A stretch of 47,684 nt of DNA from Hadesarchaea archaeon (GTDB lineage Archaea > Hadarchaeota > Hadarchaeia > Hadarchaeales > Hadarchaeaceae), in contig JAUWBN010000006.1 in assembly GCA_030601675.1 (NCBI GenBank), positions 1 to 47,684 on the forward strand, in the 5' to 3' direction. Made by a program: the position numbers and the translations under genes. The notes below the pieces were generated by a model. That model saw only the letters and a program-made list of their open reading frames with translations, was not told the DNA's origin and ran no database searches. Shown piece by piece: positions 36,919-46,136 of this stretch; position 1 is the first letter of the stretch; each line of letters starts with the position of its first letter.

Positions 36919-37608
36919 ATGGCCGAGCAAAAACCGCTCGAGGGGCCTGCTGAAAAAAGGATAAAAATCATAGCAGACCACCGCGAGGTCCCATCCGGCG
37001 TCGTGCACGAACTCACGCAGCTCGGCGTCGAGGTTGAAGCGCGCCAGCTTAGCGTCGGCGATTTCATCCTCAGCGACCGCGTTGGGGTCGAACGAAAATC
37101 CGTCGGCGACTTTTTGCAGTCGATCGTCGACAAACGCCTCCTAAACCAAGCCAAGCAATTGGGCGAGACATTTGAGCGCCCGGTGCTCATCTTGGAGGGC
37201 AAGAGTTTGTACTCGCGGAGGGCAATTCACCCGAATGCGATCCGCGGTGCACTCGCCGCGCTCGCTGTAGAGCTCAACATCCCGATATTGCCGACTCGGG
37301 ATGAAAAAGAAACGGCGTTAATCCTCGTCGCCATCGCTAGGCGCGAACAGGTGAAGGAGGCTCGGGAAGTCGTGATACGCGGTGAACCTAAGGGTTTGAC
37401 CCTACCCGAACAACAGCGGTTTGTGGTCGAAGGGCTGCCCGGCGTATCGGCCGTGCTCACAAAACGGTTGCTCGAACGTTTCAGTACGGTCGAGCGGGTG
37501 ATGAGTGCGTCGGGTGACGAGCTGCAGCAGGTGCACGGCATCGGACCTGAAAAAGCGAAGGAGATCAGGCGAGTTTTGAGGGCAGAATATGAGGCTAAAG
37601 CTTCTTGA
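36919..37608 (+). CDS. xpf: ERCC4/XPF structure-specific endonuclease, short form (nuclease plus HhH2, no helicase)
   Basis: ADHRE, L.VGDF, VERKS..DF..SI.D.RL..Q, ILEG and two HhH motifs (GLPGVS, VHGIGP). Confidence 0.9.
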   Translation: MAEQKPLEGPAEKRIKIIADHREVPSGVVHELTQLGVEVEARQLSVGDFILSDRVGVERKSVGDFLQSIVDKRLLNQAKQLGETFERPVLILEGKSLYSRRAIHPNAIRGALAALAVELNIPILPTRDEKETALILVAIARREQVKEAREVVIRGEPKGLTLPEQQRFVVEGLPGVSAVLTKRLLERFSTVERVMSASGDELQQVHGIGPEKAKEIRRVLRAEYEAKAS

Positions 37609-38758
37609 CCGATTCTTTTGTCCGATCGATCGCTTTTTTAATGTCCCCCATAGATGTCGCGTAACTGAATCTCACGTGGCCCTCACCGTACGGGCCAAAC
37701 CCACTCCCCTGCACAGCGGCAACGCCCGCCTCGCGCAACAGGAATTCACAAAGGCTCAAGGATGAGACGCCAAGTTTTTTGACGCTGGGGAACGCGTAGA
37801 AGGCGCCCGCAGGCTTTGTGCATTCAAATCCCTCGATCGAATTCAGCCCCCTGACGATCGCGTCTCGACGCTTTCGATATTCATCGCGCATCTCGCGGAC
37901 GCAATCCTGGGGGCCGCGGAGGGCCGCTACGCCCGCGGCTTGCACAAATCCCGCGACGCACGATGTCGATGCCTGCTGTACCTTGTTCATCCCCGCAATC
38001 AATTCGACCGGCGCGACAGCATAACCCAGACGCCAGCCGGTCATCGCATAAGCTTTCGAGAAGCCGTTGACGTAAATCGTGCGCTCAGCCGTGTTTGGCA
38101 GCGACAACACACTCACGTGCTTTCCCTCGTACACCAAGCAATCGTAAATCTCATCGGACAAGACCCAAAGGTCGTGATCGATCGCAAGGTCAACTATGGA
38201 TCGAAGGTCCCCTCGCTGCATGACCGCACCGGTTGGATTGTTCGGATAATTGATCAATATCATCTTCGTTTTTTTCGTTAGCGCCTCCTGCATCTTCTCT
38301 GCCCCCACCTTGAACTCGTCGGCCTGTGTGGCTTCGACGAATACCGGTTTAGCACCGACCGCCAGCACCATGGGCTCGTAGGTCCAGCAGGGGCTAGGGA
38401 TGATCACCTCATCGCCGGGATCGAGCGCTGCAACCATCGCACAGAAGATGGCGTGCTTCGCCCCGGGGGTGACGATAACGTTTTTTGTGGTTGTGGTGAT
38501 GCCCTTCGTAACGAGGTGCTCCGTGATCGCCTCGCGCAGCTCGGGCAGGCCGGCGCTCGGCGTGTATTTGGTCATCCCGCGTGCGAGGGCCTCCTCCGCG
38601 GCTCGCTTGATGTGGGCCGGCGTGTCGAAATCCGGTTCGCCTACCTCCATGTGGATGATGTCCTTACCCTGGCGCTCGAGTTCTTTGGCTAGGCCGAGAA
38701 CCTTGAGCGTGCTTGAGGGGGGAATCCCCTTCATGCGCTTGGCAGGCTTCAACCTCAC
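37595..38758 (-). CDS. PLP-dependent class I aminotransferase (aspartate/aromatic type)
   Basis: GEPDF.TP, YTPSAGLPELR, NYPNNPTG, SDEIY and NGFSKAYAMTGWRLGY. Confidence 0.95.
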   Translation of the reverse strand: MRLKPAKRMKGIPPSSTLKVLGLAKELERQGKDIIHMEVGEPDFDTPAHIKRAAEEALARGMTKYTPSAGLPELREAITEHLVTKGITTTTKNVIVTPGAKHAIFCAMVAALDPGDEVIIPSPCWTYEPMVLAVGAKPVFVEATQADEFKVGAEKMQEALTKKTKMILINYPNNPTGAVMQRGDLRSIVDLAIDHDLWVLSDEIYDCLVYEGKHVSVLSLPNTAERTIYVNGFSKAYAMTGWRLGYAVAPVELIAGMNKVQQASTSCVAGFVQAAGVAALRGPQDCVREMRDEYRKRRDAIVRGLNSIEGFECTKPAGAFYAFPSVKKLGVSSLSLCEFLLREAGVAAVQGSGFGPYGEGHVRFSYATSMGDIKKAIDRTKESVKKL

Positions 38759-38804
38759 ACCCGCTAAGAATTTACGTGTTCAATATAAACCTACTTCGGT
38801 TCCC

Positions 38805-40394
38805 ATGCACTGGATCGATCGCGTTGCGAAAGCCCTGCTCAAGCGGGGCAAAAAACACATCATCGCAAGCGGCATCTCGGTCTCCGGCCACATCCACATC
38901 GGCCATTGCAACGACATCTTCATAGCCGATGGGGTTCGGAGGGCGCTCGAGGAGTTTGGAGGCGAAGGGCAGGCTTTTTGGTACGCCGATGACTTCGACC
39001 CCATGCGCCGGATACCCTGGCCGTTGAACGAGGGCGAGTTGGCTGAAAGGTACAAACAGTACTTGGGCATGCCTTACATCAACATCCCCTCGCCCGATCC
39101 GAAGTACAAAAACTTCGTCGATTACTTCGCCCGCCCATTCATCGAATCACTCGACGATTTCGGGATTGATGTGAAGATTTACTCAGGTGCGGAAATCTAT
39201 CGAAGCGGGAAGATGGCGGACCCAACCCGAACCGCACTCGAACACGCCGACAAAATCCGCGCGATCCTCAACCGATACCGCTCCAAACCGTTGCCTGAGG
39301 GCTGGTTGCCTTATGATGTATTGTGCGAGCGATGTGGTAGGCTTGCAACTACCCGATCACTCAGCTGGCACGATAACTACGTGAGTTACAGGTGCGAGGG
39401 CTCCGACTATGTCGCCGGCTGCGGCCACGAGGGCGAGGCCGATTTCACCAAAGGTCAAGGTAAACTGACTTGGCGGGTGGAGTGGCCTGCGCGCTGGAAG
39501 TTACTCGACGTCGCCTGCGAACCCTTCGGCAAAGATCATGCGGTCGTCGGCGGAAGTTACGATACGGGCAAATTGATCGCAAAGCAGGTTTTCAAATGTG
39601 AGGCCCCCTACCCCGTGCCCTACGAGTGGGTTAGCCTTAAAGGTAAACGAATGTCCTCCTCGAAGGGAGTCGTGTTCACACTCCCCCAGTGGCTCGAGAT
39701 AGCCGAGCCCGAGCTCCTGCGCTACTTCATCTTCAGGAGCAAACCCATGAAGGCCAAGGAGTTCGACCCCGGGCTAGCGCTGCTTGACCTTTACGATGAG
39801 TACGACCTGGTCGAGCAAGTTCACTTCGGCATGGTGGAGGCGAGTGATCGTAGGAGCGAACAGTTCAAGCGCATCTACCAGCTCTCCCAGCTCCGCGAAA
39901 CGCCAAGACGGCTGGTGCAGCGGGTGCCGTTCAGGTTCGCCACGGTGCTGACCCAAGTAATGAGGGATGAAAAGCATGCGATCAACGTTCTAACTTCCCG
40001 GGGGATGCTAACCGACCCAAGCGAATCCGATATCGAGCTAGCCTTCCGCCGCTTGAGTTGCTCGCGGAACTGGGTGTCCAAACATGCACCCGAGCGTTTG
40101 CGATTCAAGGTTGCCGAAACCTTACCCGCCGAAGCTGTAGAGGGCCTTACCAAAAAACAAAAACAGGGTTTAACGCAACTGGCTGCTGATCTATCCTCGC
40201 GCGATTTCACCCCGGTCGAACTTCACAACCACATCTACGAACTCGCGCAGAGGGTCGGTCTGAAAGCGCCCGAGTTATTCAAGACGGTCTACCTCGCTCT
40301 GCTGGGTCGAGGGTCAGGCCCCCGCGTGGGCAACTTCATCTCGGTTCTCGATAAGGAGTTCGTCATCTCGCGTCTTAGGGAAGCTGCTCTTTGA
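38805..40394 (+). CDS. lysS: Lysine--tRNA ligase, class I
   Basis: Starts MHWID at 38805; SGHIHIG, DDFD.MR, GKLTWRVEWPARW, EPFGKDH, MSSSKG and GPR.G. Confidence 0.96.
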   Translation: MHWIDRVAKALLKRGKKHIIASGISVSGHIHIGHCNDIFIADGVRRALEEFGGEGQAFWYADDFDPMRRIPWPLNEGELAERYKQYLGMPYINIPSPDPKYKNFVDYFARPFIESLDDFGIDVKIYSGAEIYRSGKMADPTRTALEHADKIRAILNRYRSKPLPEGWLPYDVLCERCGRLATTRSLSWHDNYVSYRCEGSDYVAGCGHEGEADFTKGQGKLTWRVEWPARWKLLDVACEPFGKDHAVVGGSYDTGKLIAKQVFKCEAPYPVPYEWVSLKGKRMSSSKGVVFTLPQWLEIAEPELLRYFIFRSKPMKAKEFDPGLALLDLYDEYDLVEQVHFGMVEASDRRSEQFKRIYQLSQLRETPRRLVQRVPFRFATVLTQVMRDEKHAINVLTSRGMLTDPSESDIELAFRRLSCSRNWVSKHAPERLRFKVAETLPAEAVEGLTKKQKQGLTQLAADLSSRDFTPVELHNHIYELAQRVGLKAPELFKTVYLALLGRGSGPRVGNFISVLDKEFVISRLREAAL

Positions 40395-41085
40395 GTCGGA
40401 CTTTCATCTCCGGATGGCTCTGGACCAGCCGTTTGAAAACTTCCTCGAAACTTTCGTTCGGCATGAGTGCGCGTTGGATGAAAATCCCAGTGCGGCCCAC
40501 ATCTCCCCTACGGGTTAGGACCTGCACGCGCTCCCGAACTATATCCAGACCAACACCGACCCGCTTCGCCGCTTCAGCTTCCTTACCCATAACTGGACTT
40601 TCAATATGCCCTCGCGGCGTGGGCTCGATCAACATCAGGCGCTTATCGACACCCGGCACGCGAACCGCTCGCTTGACCTGTTCGGAGCTTGCCGCGCCCC
40701 CGAAATAATAGAACTCGACCTCTAGCCGCTTCGGCTTCACCAGCGGGAAAGTAACCAAACGGTCTTCTTCGATGTAAATGTGTGCCTTCGGGAGCTGCCA
40801 AGGCGTCGCCACGACTATTTCCCGGTTCATTGGCTCGAGCTTGGCCTCTCGAAGGGCTAGCTCGATCTTGTAGGATGGCACGACGTGAGGGACGAACACA
40901 TCAACATCACTATCTTTACCGACGTCCCCACGGGCGACGCTCCCGTACACGATCGGATCGAACCCTTGCTTTACCATAACCTCCATCAGTTCCAGCGCAC
41001 GCGTTCGTAGCTCCTTAAAAAATCGCCAGCGTTCTTCATCGTATACAATTTCGACGATGTCGGCGGCACGAACAGGCTTGACCAT
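40375..41085 (-). CDS. Archaeal Pol-beta-type nucleotidyltransferase domain protein
   Basis: YGSVARGDV..DSDVD, EFYYFGG, RVPGVDKRL and ER..VL.RR..VGRTG. Confidence 0.85.
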   Translation of the reverse strand: MVKPVRAADIVEIVYDEERWRFFKELRTRALELMEVMVKQGFDPIVYGSVARGDVGKDSDVDVFVPHVVPSYKIELALREAKLEPMNREIVVATPWQLPKAHIYIEEDRLVTFPLVKPKRLEVEFYYFGGAASSEQVKRAVRVPGVDKRLMLIEPTPRGHIESPVMGKEAEAAKRVGVGLDIVRERVQVLTRRGDVGRTGIFIQRALMPNESFEEVFKRLVQSHPEMKVRLKEQLP

Positions 41086-41086
41086 A

Positions 41087-41626
41087 TCAAAGCCCTGTTT
41101 CACGGTCGCCGATGACGAAGTTCTTGCCAGACACGTGGAGCAAGGGTTTTACTTGCTCGGCGTTCAGCCTCCCCGCCTTCATCGCACCCTTCTGCGCATG
41201 CGCCACGACGACCCTTCCCGCCACCACAACATATTCGGGTCCCCGATGGATCCAATCGAGTTTGCACTCCAAATTAACCGGACACTCGGCGATTCGCGGT
41301 GGCTTCACTTTCTCGGAAGGTTCCCAGTTCAGGCCGGCTTTCTCGAGCTCGTTGACCCCCCGTGGAAAACTCTTGCTGCAGGTGTACATCTGCTTCTTGA
41401 TTCGCTCCGGAACGAGGTTGAGGACGAATTCCCCCGTCTCGCTGACGTTGCGGTAGGTGTCGCTGTCGTAGCTGGTCGAGAAAATGACGATCGGTGGCTC
41501 TGATTCAACCGGCGTCACCCACGACATCGGCGCAGCGTTAATCCGTCCTTCTTTGTCGACCGTCGTGATCAAAACGATCGGCCGTGGAGCAATCAAACGA
41601 TAAGCATCCTCCAAATCGACCAGCAT
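41087..41626 (-). CDS. Flavin reductase family protein
   Basis: PRPIVLITT, NAAP.SW, DT..N...TGEFVLN and PRI.ECPVNLECKL. Confidence 0.9.
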   Translation of the reverse strand: MLVDLEDAYRLIAPRPIVLITTVDKEGRINAAPMSWVTPVESEPPIVIFSTSYDSDTYRNVSETGEFVLNLVPERIKKQMYTCSKSFPRGVNELEKAGLNWEPSEKVKPPRIAECPVNLECKLDWIHRGPEYVVVAGRVVVAHAQKGAMKAGRLNAEQVKPLLHVSGKNFVIGDRETGL

Positions 41627-41630
41627 ACAA

Positions 41631-41942
41631 TCACCTCAAACTTTCCTCGAGCCATTTTAAATATTCAGGTAACCCGCGCTCGATTGGGACCACCAAGACC
41701 TCGGGCACTTCATAGCTATGCAATTCTTTGATGCGTGGGATTAAGCGATCGAGTTTTTCGTCAGAGGTTTTTATCAGGAGCAGGTTTTCCCTCGCCCGCT
41801 CAAGTTTCCCGCGCCACCTATAAGTTGAACTTGCGCTCGGCAGGACACTAACGCAAGCCGCGAGCTTTTCCGACACCAATTTTTCACTTAGCCTTTTCGC
41901 CTCCGCCCGATTTTTCACCGTCGTCAACACCAGCGAGAACAT
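41631..41942 (-). CDS. cutA: Divalent-cation tolerance protein CutA
   Basis: LV.EKLAACV, S.YRWRG, LLIKT, LHSYEVPE and YLKWL. Confidence 0.95.
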   Translation of the reverse strand: MFSLVLTTVKNRAEAKRLSEKLVSEKLAACVSVLPSASSTYRWRGKLERARENLLLIKTSDEKLDRLIPRIKELHSYEVPEVLVVPIERGLPEYLKWLEESLR

Positions 41943-42014
41943 ACACTTCCCACGACAACAACCCGAACGCAGAGGTTTAAACTTTGCCGATGGTATAGAC
42001 TACGGTGCCTCGAG

Positions 42015-43199
42015 ATGCTTGAATGGGTGCTCGTCGCTCTTGCGCTGCTCGCCCTGTTCTGGGCATCCTTGGTCTTGGTGAATCGCCGATATCGTCTGGA
42101 GAAGCACGGCTTCACCATCACCCCGGGCATGCTGATGTGGCGCACCAAGCGAGGGTTACGATTCATCGACCGCGTGGCAAAATCCTCAAAACGAGGGTGG
42201 CGCACATTTGGGACCGTGGGCGCCGCGATCGGGATATTCCTGATGGCGTTCATTTTATTCAACGTCGCTTTTAACGCCGCGATCACCCTCACACAACCCA
42301 CCCAAGCACTTCCGGGTGTGCGCTTCGTGCTACCCGGTGTCGTCCCCGGCCTGACTATCTTTGGGTGGTTGGTGGGTATAGCCAGCGTGCTTTTTGTTCA
42401 CGAGTTCGCCCACGGGTTCGTGCTGCGTGCACAGGGGCTTAAGACGAAATCAGTTGGCGGGATGTTGTTGGTGGTAATCCCCGGCGCGTTTGTCGAACCA
42501 GATGAAAAACAGTTGAAGAAGGCGCCTATATTAAAACGCCTACGTGTCTTCGGTGCTGGGTCGTTCGCGAACATCTTGTTTGCCTTCCTGTGCTTAGGCA
42601 TCCTCCTTCTCCTCTTGGTCCCCAAACCGGGCATTTATGTGTATGGCTTTGCCGAGAACTACCCCGCCGAAAATGTCTTGGATCCAGGCATGCGCATCCT
42701 CGAAATCGACAACGTGCCCATAAACACATACGAGGATTTCTACAGCTTCATGGACAACACCCAACCGGGGGATAATATCCAAATCTCAACCGACAGCGAG
42801 AATTTCCGAATCGAGCTGGCAAAACGTCCGGAGAATGAAAATAAGGGTTACCTTGGGGTAAGTACGATCTCAGCACGTTCCCACTCCGAGTTCGCCAATC
42901 CCCTATTTGACATGGGGGTGATGATGTTGGTGCTAACGGGGCGCCCTGAGTTCCACCCCTACGTCTACGATGCACGCGTGCCGTGGGGGTTGATAGATCT
43001 GATAAAGTGGATGTTCGTGCTAAACCTCGGCATCGGGCTGTTCAACCTCCTACCGATGGTGCCGCTCGATGGAGGTTACATCTTTCAGGGCATGGTCGAG
43101 CGAGCGAGCTCCAAACGAACGGCCAGGCGCGTGAGCCATGCACTCTCGATAATCGTGCTAGCGTTGCTCATCGTGAGCTTCATGCCCATGCTGGCGTGA
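42015..43199 (+). CDS. Site-2 protease (M50) with a PDZ-like extracytoplasmic insert
   Basis: HEFAH, GAFVEP, AGSFAN, PDZ-like domain ending GYLGV, and FNLLP..PLDGG. Confidence 0.95.
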   Translation: MLEWVLVALALLALFWASLVLVNRRYRLEKHGFTITPGMLMWRTKRGLRFIDRVAKSSKRGWRTFGTVGAAIGIFLMAFILFNVAFNAAITLTQPTQALPGVRFVLPGVVPGLTIFGWLVGIASVLFVHEFAHGFVLRAQGLKTKSVGGMLLVVIPGAFVEPDEKQLKKAPILKRLRVFGAGSFANILFAFLCLGILLLLLVPKPGIYVYGFAENYPAENVLDPGMRILEIDNVPINTYEDFYSFMDNTQPGDNIQISTDSENFRIELAKRPENENKGYLGVSTISARSHSEFANPLFDMGVMMLVLTGRPEFHPYVYDARVPWGLIDLIKWMFVLNLGIGLFNLLPMVPLDGGYIFQGMVERASSKRTARRVSHALSIIVLALLIVSFMPMLA

Positions 43200-43203
43200 T
43201 GGA

Positions 43204-43419
43204 ATGACTTGCATCAAAATTGTAGTAAAGCAGGTGGGGAAGAGACACAAACGCGAACTTCGACTCGCCCCCCACGCCACCATTGCTGACCTACTCAGGA
43301 AACTGGACCAAAACCGAGAGACCATCGTCGTGAGGCGGAACGGGAAGATAGTGGTAGAGGAGGAGCGGCTTTCAGATGGTGACCTCATCGAGATTTTGCC
43401 CATCGTCACAGGTGGTTAG
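43204..43419 (+). CDS. Ubiquitin-like sulfur carrier (MoaD/ThiS/SAMP family)
   Basis: 71 aa beta-grasp pattern (V.RNG, L.DGD.IEI.P) ending in GG; abuts ncsA. Confidence 0.9.
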   Translation: MTCIKIVVKQVGKRHKRELRLAPHATIADLLRKLDQNRETIVVRRNGKIVVEEERLSDGDLIEILPIVTGG

Positions 43420-44379
43420 GTGCTCAAGTGTACTTTTTGTGGGCGGCGCGCGGCTTATAACCGCCGCTATGCGGGCGTGCTCCTCTGCGATCGTTGCTTG
43501 ATCAAAAGCGTTGAAAAGCGCTTCCGGCGCGCGATCGCTGAACACAAGCTTCTCTCGCCCGGTGAGCGGGTCGCGGTGGCGGTATCCGGGGGCAAGGATA
43601 GCATCGCGGCAATGCACTTACTGGTCGAGCATTGCGGGCGTAAAAATTGCGAGCTTGTGGCGATAACGATCGATGAGGGGATAAAGGGGTACCGCGATCA
43701 AAGCCTACCCATAGCCCGGGAAAACGCAAAATCGCTGGGCATCGAGCACTACGTGGTGAGCTTCAAACGAACTTTCGGCGCGACGCTCGATCAAATGGTC
43801 AGGCGCGCGAATGCCAGGAAAACTGAACTGAATCCCTGTACCTATTGTGGCGTGATGCGCCGCTCGCTGCTCAACCAAGCTGCCCGCGAACTGGGGGCGG
43901 ACAAGCTCGCTACCGCACACAACCTCGACGACGAAGTCCAAGCAATCATGCTGAACTACGTGCGGGCCGACTTCTCCAGGCTACACCGCCTCGGGCCATC
44001 CTATCCACCGCGTGAAGGCTTCGTCCCTCGCATCAAGCCTCTGCGCGAGATCCCGGAGAAGGAGGTAGCGCTCTACGCCCTGCTCCGCGGACTAGAGGTG
44101 CACCTCGCCGTCTGCCCTTACACAGGGGGGATCCACACCGAGATTCGCGATTTTTTGAACCGAATCGAGGCCAACCACCCGAACTCGAAATTCATGATCC
44201 TGCGGATGTTCGACCGGCTAAAGCCCCAGCTCGCGCGAATCGTGCCCGAGTTTGAGATGCGAAGGTGTAAAAATTGTGGCGAGCCGACCTCAGCGAACAT
44301 TTGCAAGAGCTGTGAACTCCTAAAGGAACTGGGATTGCGACGGTTGCGGAAAACCCTTATTTCTCCAAAATCCAGTTAA
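43420..44379 (+). CDS. ncsA: tRNA 2-thiolation enzyme NcsA/TtuA/Ctu1 family
   Basis: N- and C-terminal Zn fingers, PP-loop SGGKDS, DEGI.GYR, CTYCGV.RR, TAHNLDDE, RIKPL and CPY. Confidence 0.92.
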   Translation: MLKCTFCGRRAAYNRRYAGVLLCDRCLIKSVEKRFRRAIAEHKLLSPGERVAVAVSGGKDSIAAMHLLVEHCGRKNCELVAITIDEGIKGYRDQSLPIARENAKSLGIEHYVVSFKRTFGATLDQMVRRANARKTELNPCTYCGVMRRSLLNQAARELGADKLATAHNLDDEVQAIMLNYVRADFSRLHRLGPSYPPREGFVPRIKPLREIPEKEVALYALLRGLEVHLAVCPYTGGIHTEIRDFLNRIEANHPNSKFMILRMFDRLKPQLARIVPEFEMRRCKNCGEPTSANICKSCELLKELGLRRLRKTLISPKSS

Positions 44380-44383
44380 ATAC

Positions 44384-44698
44384 GGCGGCGAGCTAGGTCG
44401 GGCGGCTACCCCTCGCCTGTGACCACAAATGGGGTTTATGGTGGGATCAAAGCTCGGGGACGGCGTCGGAACCGTGCGTCGACCTGGTTTCCGGCGAAGA
44501 AGTCCCGTCCTGCTGGGTCGGCGGCGGCAGGGCCTCGGTCGTAAGGCCGGGGAGAACTGCCCTCACCTGCCGAACCCCGTGAGGACCGGAAGGTAGCAAC
44601 GGTAGGCAGGACGTTTGGTGCTGGCAGATCACGGGATGGAGCTAGGGACCAGCAATCGTCGCGTGGGGAAGGCATCAACTTCGGGCGCGCTCGCCGCC
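44384..44698 (+). ncRNA. ffs: Archaeal SRP (7S) RNA
   Basis: Terminal helix GGCGGCGAGC/GCTCGCCGCC, 315 nt, helix 6 with a GTAA tetraloop, helix 8 CCGTGAGGACC-GGAA-GGTAGCAACGG. Confidence 0.93.
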
Positions 44699-44701
44699 TT
44701 C

Positions 44702-44808
44702 GCCGGGGTAGCCTAGCCAGGTATGGCGACAGGTTGCTACGGGTGAAAACCCGCAAATACCTGTTGGTCCTTTGGGCCTCCAGGGTTCAAATCCCTGCCC
44801 CGGCGCCA
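44702..44808 (+). tRNA. tRNA-Ser(GCT) with a 19-nt intron (44740-44758)
   Basis: GCCGGGG/CCCCGGC stem and ACAGG-TT-GCT-A[CGGGTGAAAACCCGCAAAT]A-CCTGT, which forms a strict BHB; long variable arm; encoded CCA. Confidence 0.94.
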
Positions 44809-44833
44809 CCCTTAAGTTTTCTCGGGCCAAAAC

Positions 44834-46009
44834 GTGAGCGGTGGACAGATGCCGGAAGCACCGACTTTGACCGGGCGGGTGGTCTTCCAGTACTTCTACG
44901 ATGTCGGGGGTAACATCGAGCTTGAGCGCGTACCCAAACAAAAACTCGCGGTGGTCGAACGCCATGTCCCAAGGGGAACAAGAATTTTAGCACCGAAATA
45001 TGAGGAGGTGGGTTTCCGGCCGATCAAGGTCGACCTCGGTGCAAGGAAAATCGACCGGCACAAGGCCACCATCGAGGGGCACATTTTCCCCATCGGCGTC
45101 ATAGGAATCAACATAAACATCGAATTCCGCAGGGCTAACTTCGAGGGCATCACAAAACTCGTCACCCTGAACGAAAGGCGGGTGAAAGTGGGTGAAAAGG
45201 AAATCGACTTCGACGAGCTGCCACTCGAGCTCTTCAAGGACCTCATGAAAACGATAAAACCCGCGATAGTTTATCCATACCCCGCGTTCGAGCTCCCGGA
45301 AATCTACACCCTCATCTTGATCGCCGGGTCCGAACCGAGGCTGGAAGCGGAAGATTTCTTGACCAAGTTTCGAAAGCAGACGGCGGGGCTGCTGCGCGGG
45401 GAACGAGACTGGCGCTCGCTCAGCGACAAGGAAGTCGAAGATGCCCTGAAGCCTTACCTGAGTTATTCCGACGAGGACATCGTAATCGTCGACTGGTACG
45501 CGGCGCTCATCAGCGGCGCGGCCGAGTACACCGACGAGCTCGTGCGAATGATCGAGTTCGCGCGGATCCAACTGCTCGAGCTCAAGACCTACGACCGCTT
45601 GCTCGACCGCCGCGTGGAACGGGCCTACAGTTCCCTTCGCACCGCCCTCGCTGGCCCCCGCATGGGCATAACTTGGCGAAGCCGCCCCTATGGGGAGCTT
45701 GCTCGAACCGCGAGTGAGCTGGCGGAACTGCGCATCGAGGTCATGGACTACGTGGGGGACCTCCGCAACATCCTGAAGTTCACGGGAGAGTGGTACTTGG
45801 GGAAGCTCTACCGCGTCGCGAGCGAGCGCTTCCGCATCGCCGACTGGCTGGCGTTAGTCGACAAGAAGCTCAATCAGTTGCAGGAGCTCTACGCCATGGC
45901 GATGGAGCGCATCGACGTGCACCGCGCGACCACCCTTGAGTTCCTGATGATGCTGCTAATCGTGGCCATAGTCGTGCTCGAGGTAATTATGATCGCCCAG
46001 GGGCTCTAG
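44834..46009 (+). CDS. Hypothetical protein with a C-terminal TM helix (RMD1/DUF155-like or CorA-like architecture)
   Basis: 391 aa; helical C-terminal half ending LEFLMMLLIVAIVVLEV. The true start may be the ATG at 44849. Confidence 0.6.
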   Translation: MSGGQMPEAPTLTGRVVFQYFYDVGGNIELERVPKQKLAVVERHVPRGTRILAPKYEEVGFRPIKVDLGARKIDRHKATIEGHIFPIGVIGININIEFRRANFEGITKLVTLNERRVKVGEKEIDFDELPLELFKDLMKTIKPAIVYPYPAFELPEIYTLILIAGSEPRLEAEDFLTKFRKQTAGLLRGERDWRSLSDKEVEDALKPYLSYSDEDIVIVDWYAALISGAAEYTDELVRMIEFARIQLLELKTYDRLLDRRVERAYSSLRTALAGPRMGITWRSRPYGELARTASELAELRIEVMDYVGDLRNILKFTGEWYLGKLYRVASERFRIADWLALVDKKLNQLQELYAMAMERIDVHRATTLEFLMMLLIVAIVVLEVIMIAQGL

Positions 46010-46047
46010 GCGAGTACGCTTTTATCTGTGGGAACAAAAAATCAACT

Positions 46048-46136
46048 GGGCCCGTGGTCTAGTGGTTAAGACGCCACCCTTACAATCTCGATGGGAAAGG
46101 TGGAGATCCCGAGTTCGAGTCTCGGCGGGCCCACCA
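46048..46136 (+). tRNA. tRNA-Val(TAC) with a 13-nt intron (46085-46097)
   Basis: GGGCCCG/CGGGCCC stem and CCACC-CT-TAC-A[ATCTCGATGGGAA]A-GGTGG; encoded CCA. Confidence 0.92.

Noticed and set aside
38400-38804. Apparent 135-aa N-terminal extension of LysRS
   Set aside because: It overlaps the aminotransferase on the other strand; class I LysRS starts at MHW (38805).
40960-41103. KQGFD peptide appearing twice in the nucleotidyltransferase ORF
   Set aside because: The first copy is an alternative-frame reading of the flavin reductase 3' end upstream of the likely start, and the DNA differs; treated as coincidence.
43417-43422. Pyrrolysine or read-through recoding at the in-frame TAG between the Ubl and ncsA
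   Set aside because: The Ubl needs a free C-terminal GG, TAG ends many genes here at their natural termini, and no pyl genes are visible.
966-46009. Very frequent CTCGAG/TCGA words
   Set aside because: Explained by preferred CTC-GAG (Leu-Glu) and NTC-GAN codon pairs in coding regions; not a dispersed repeat.
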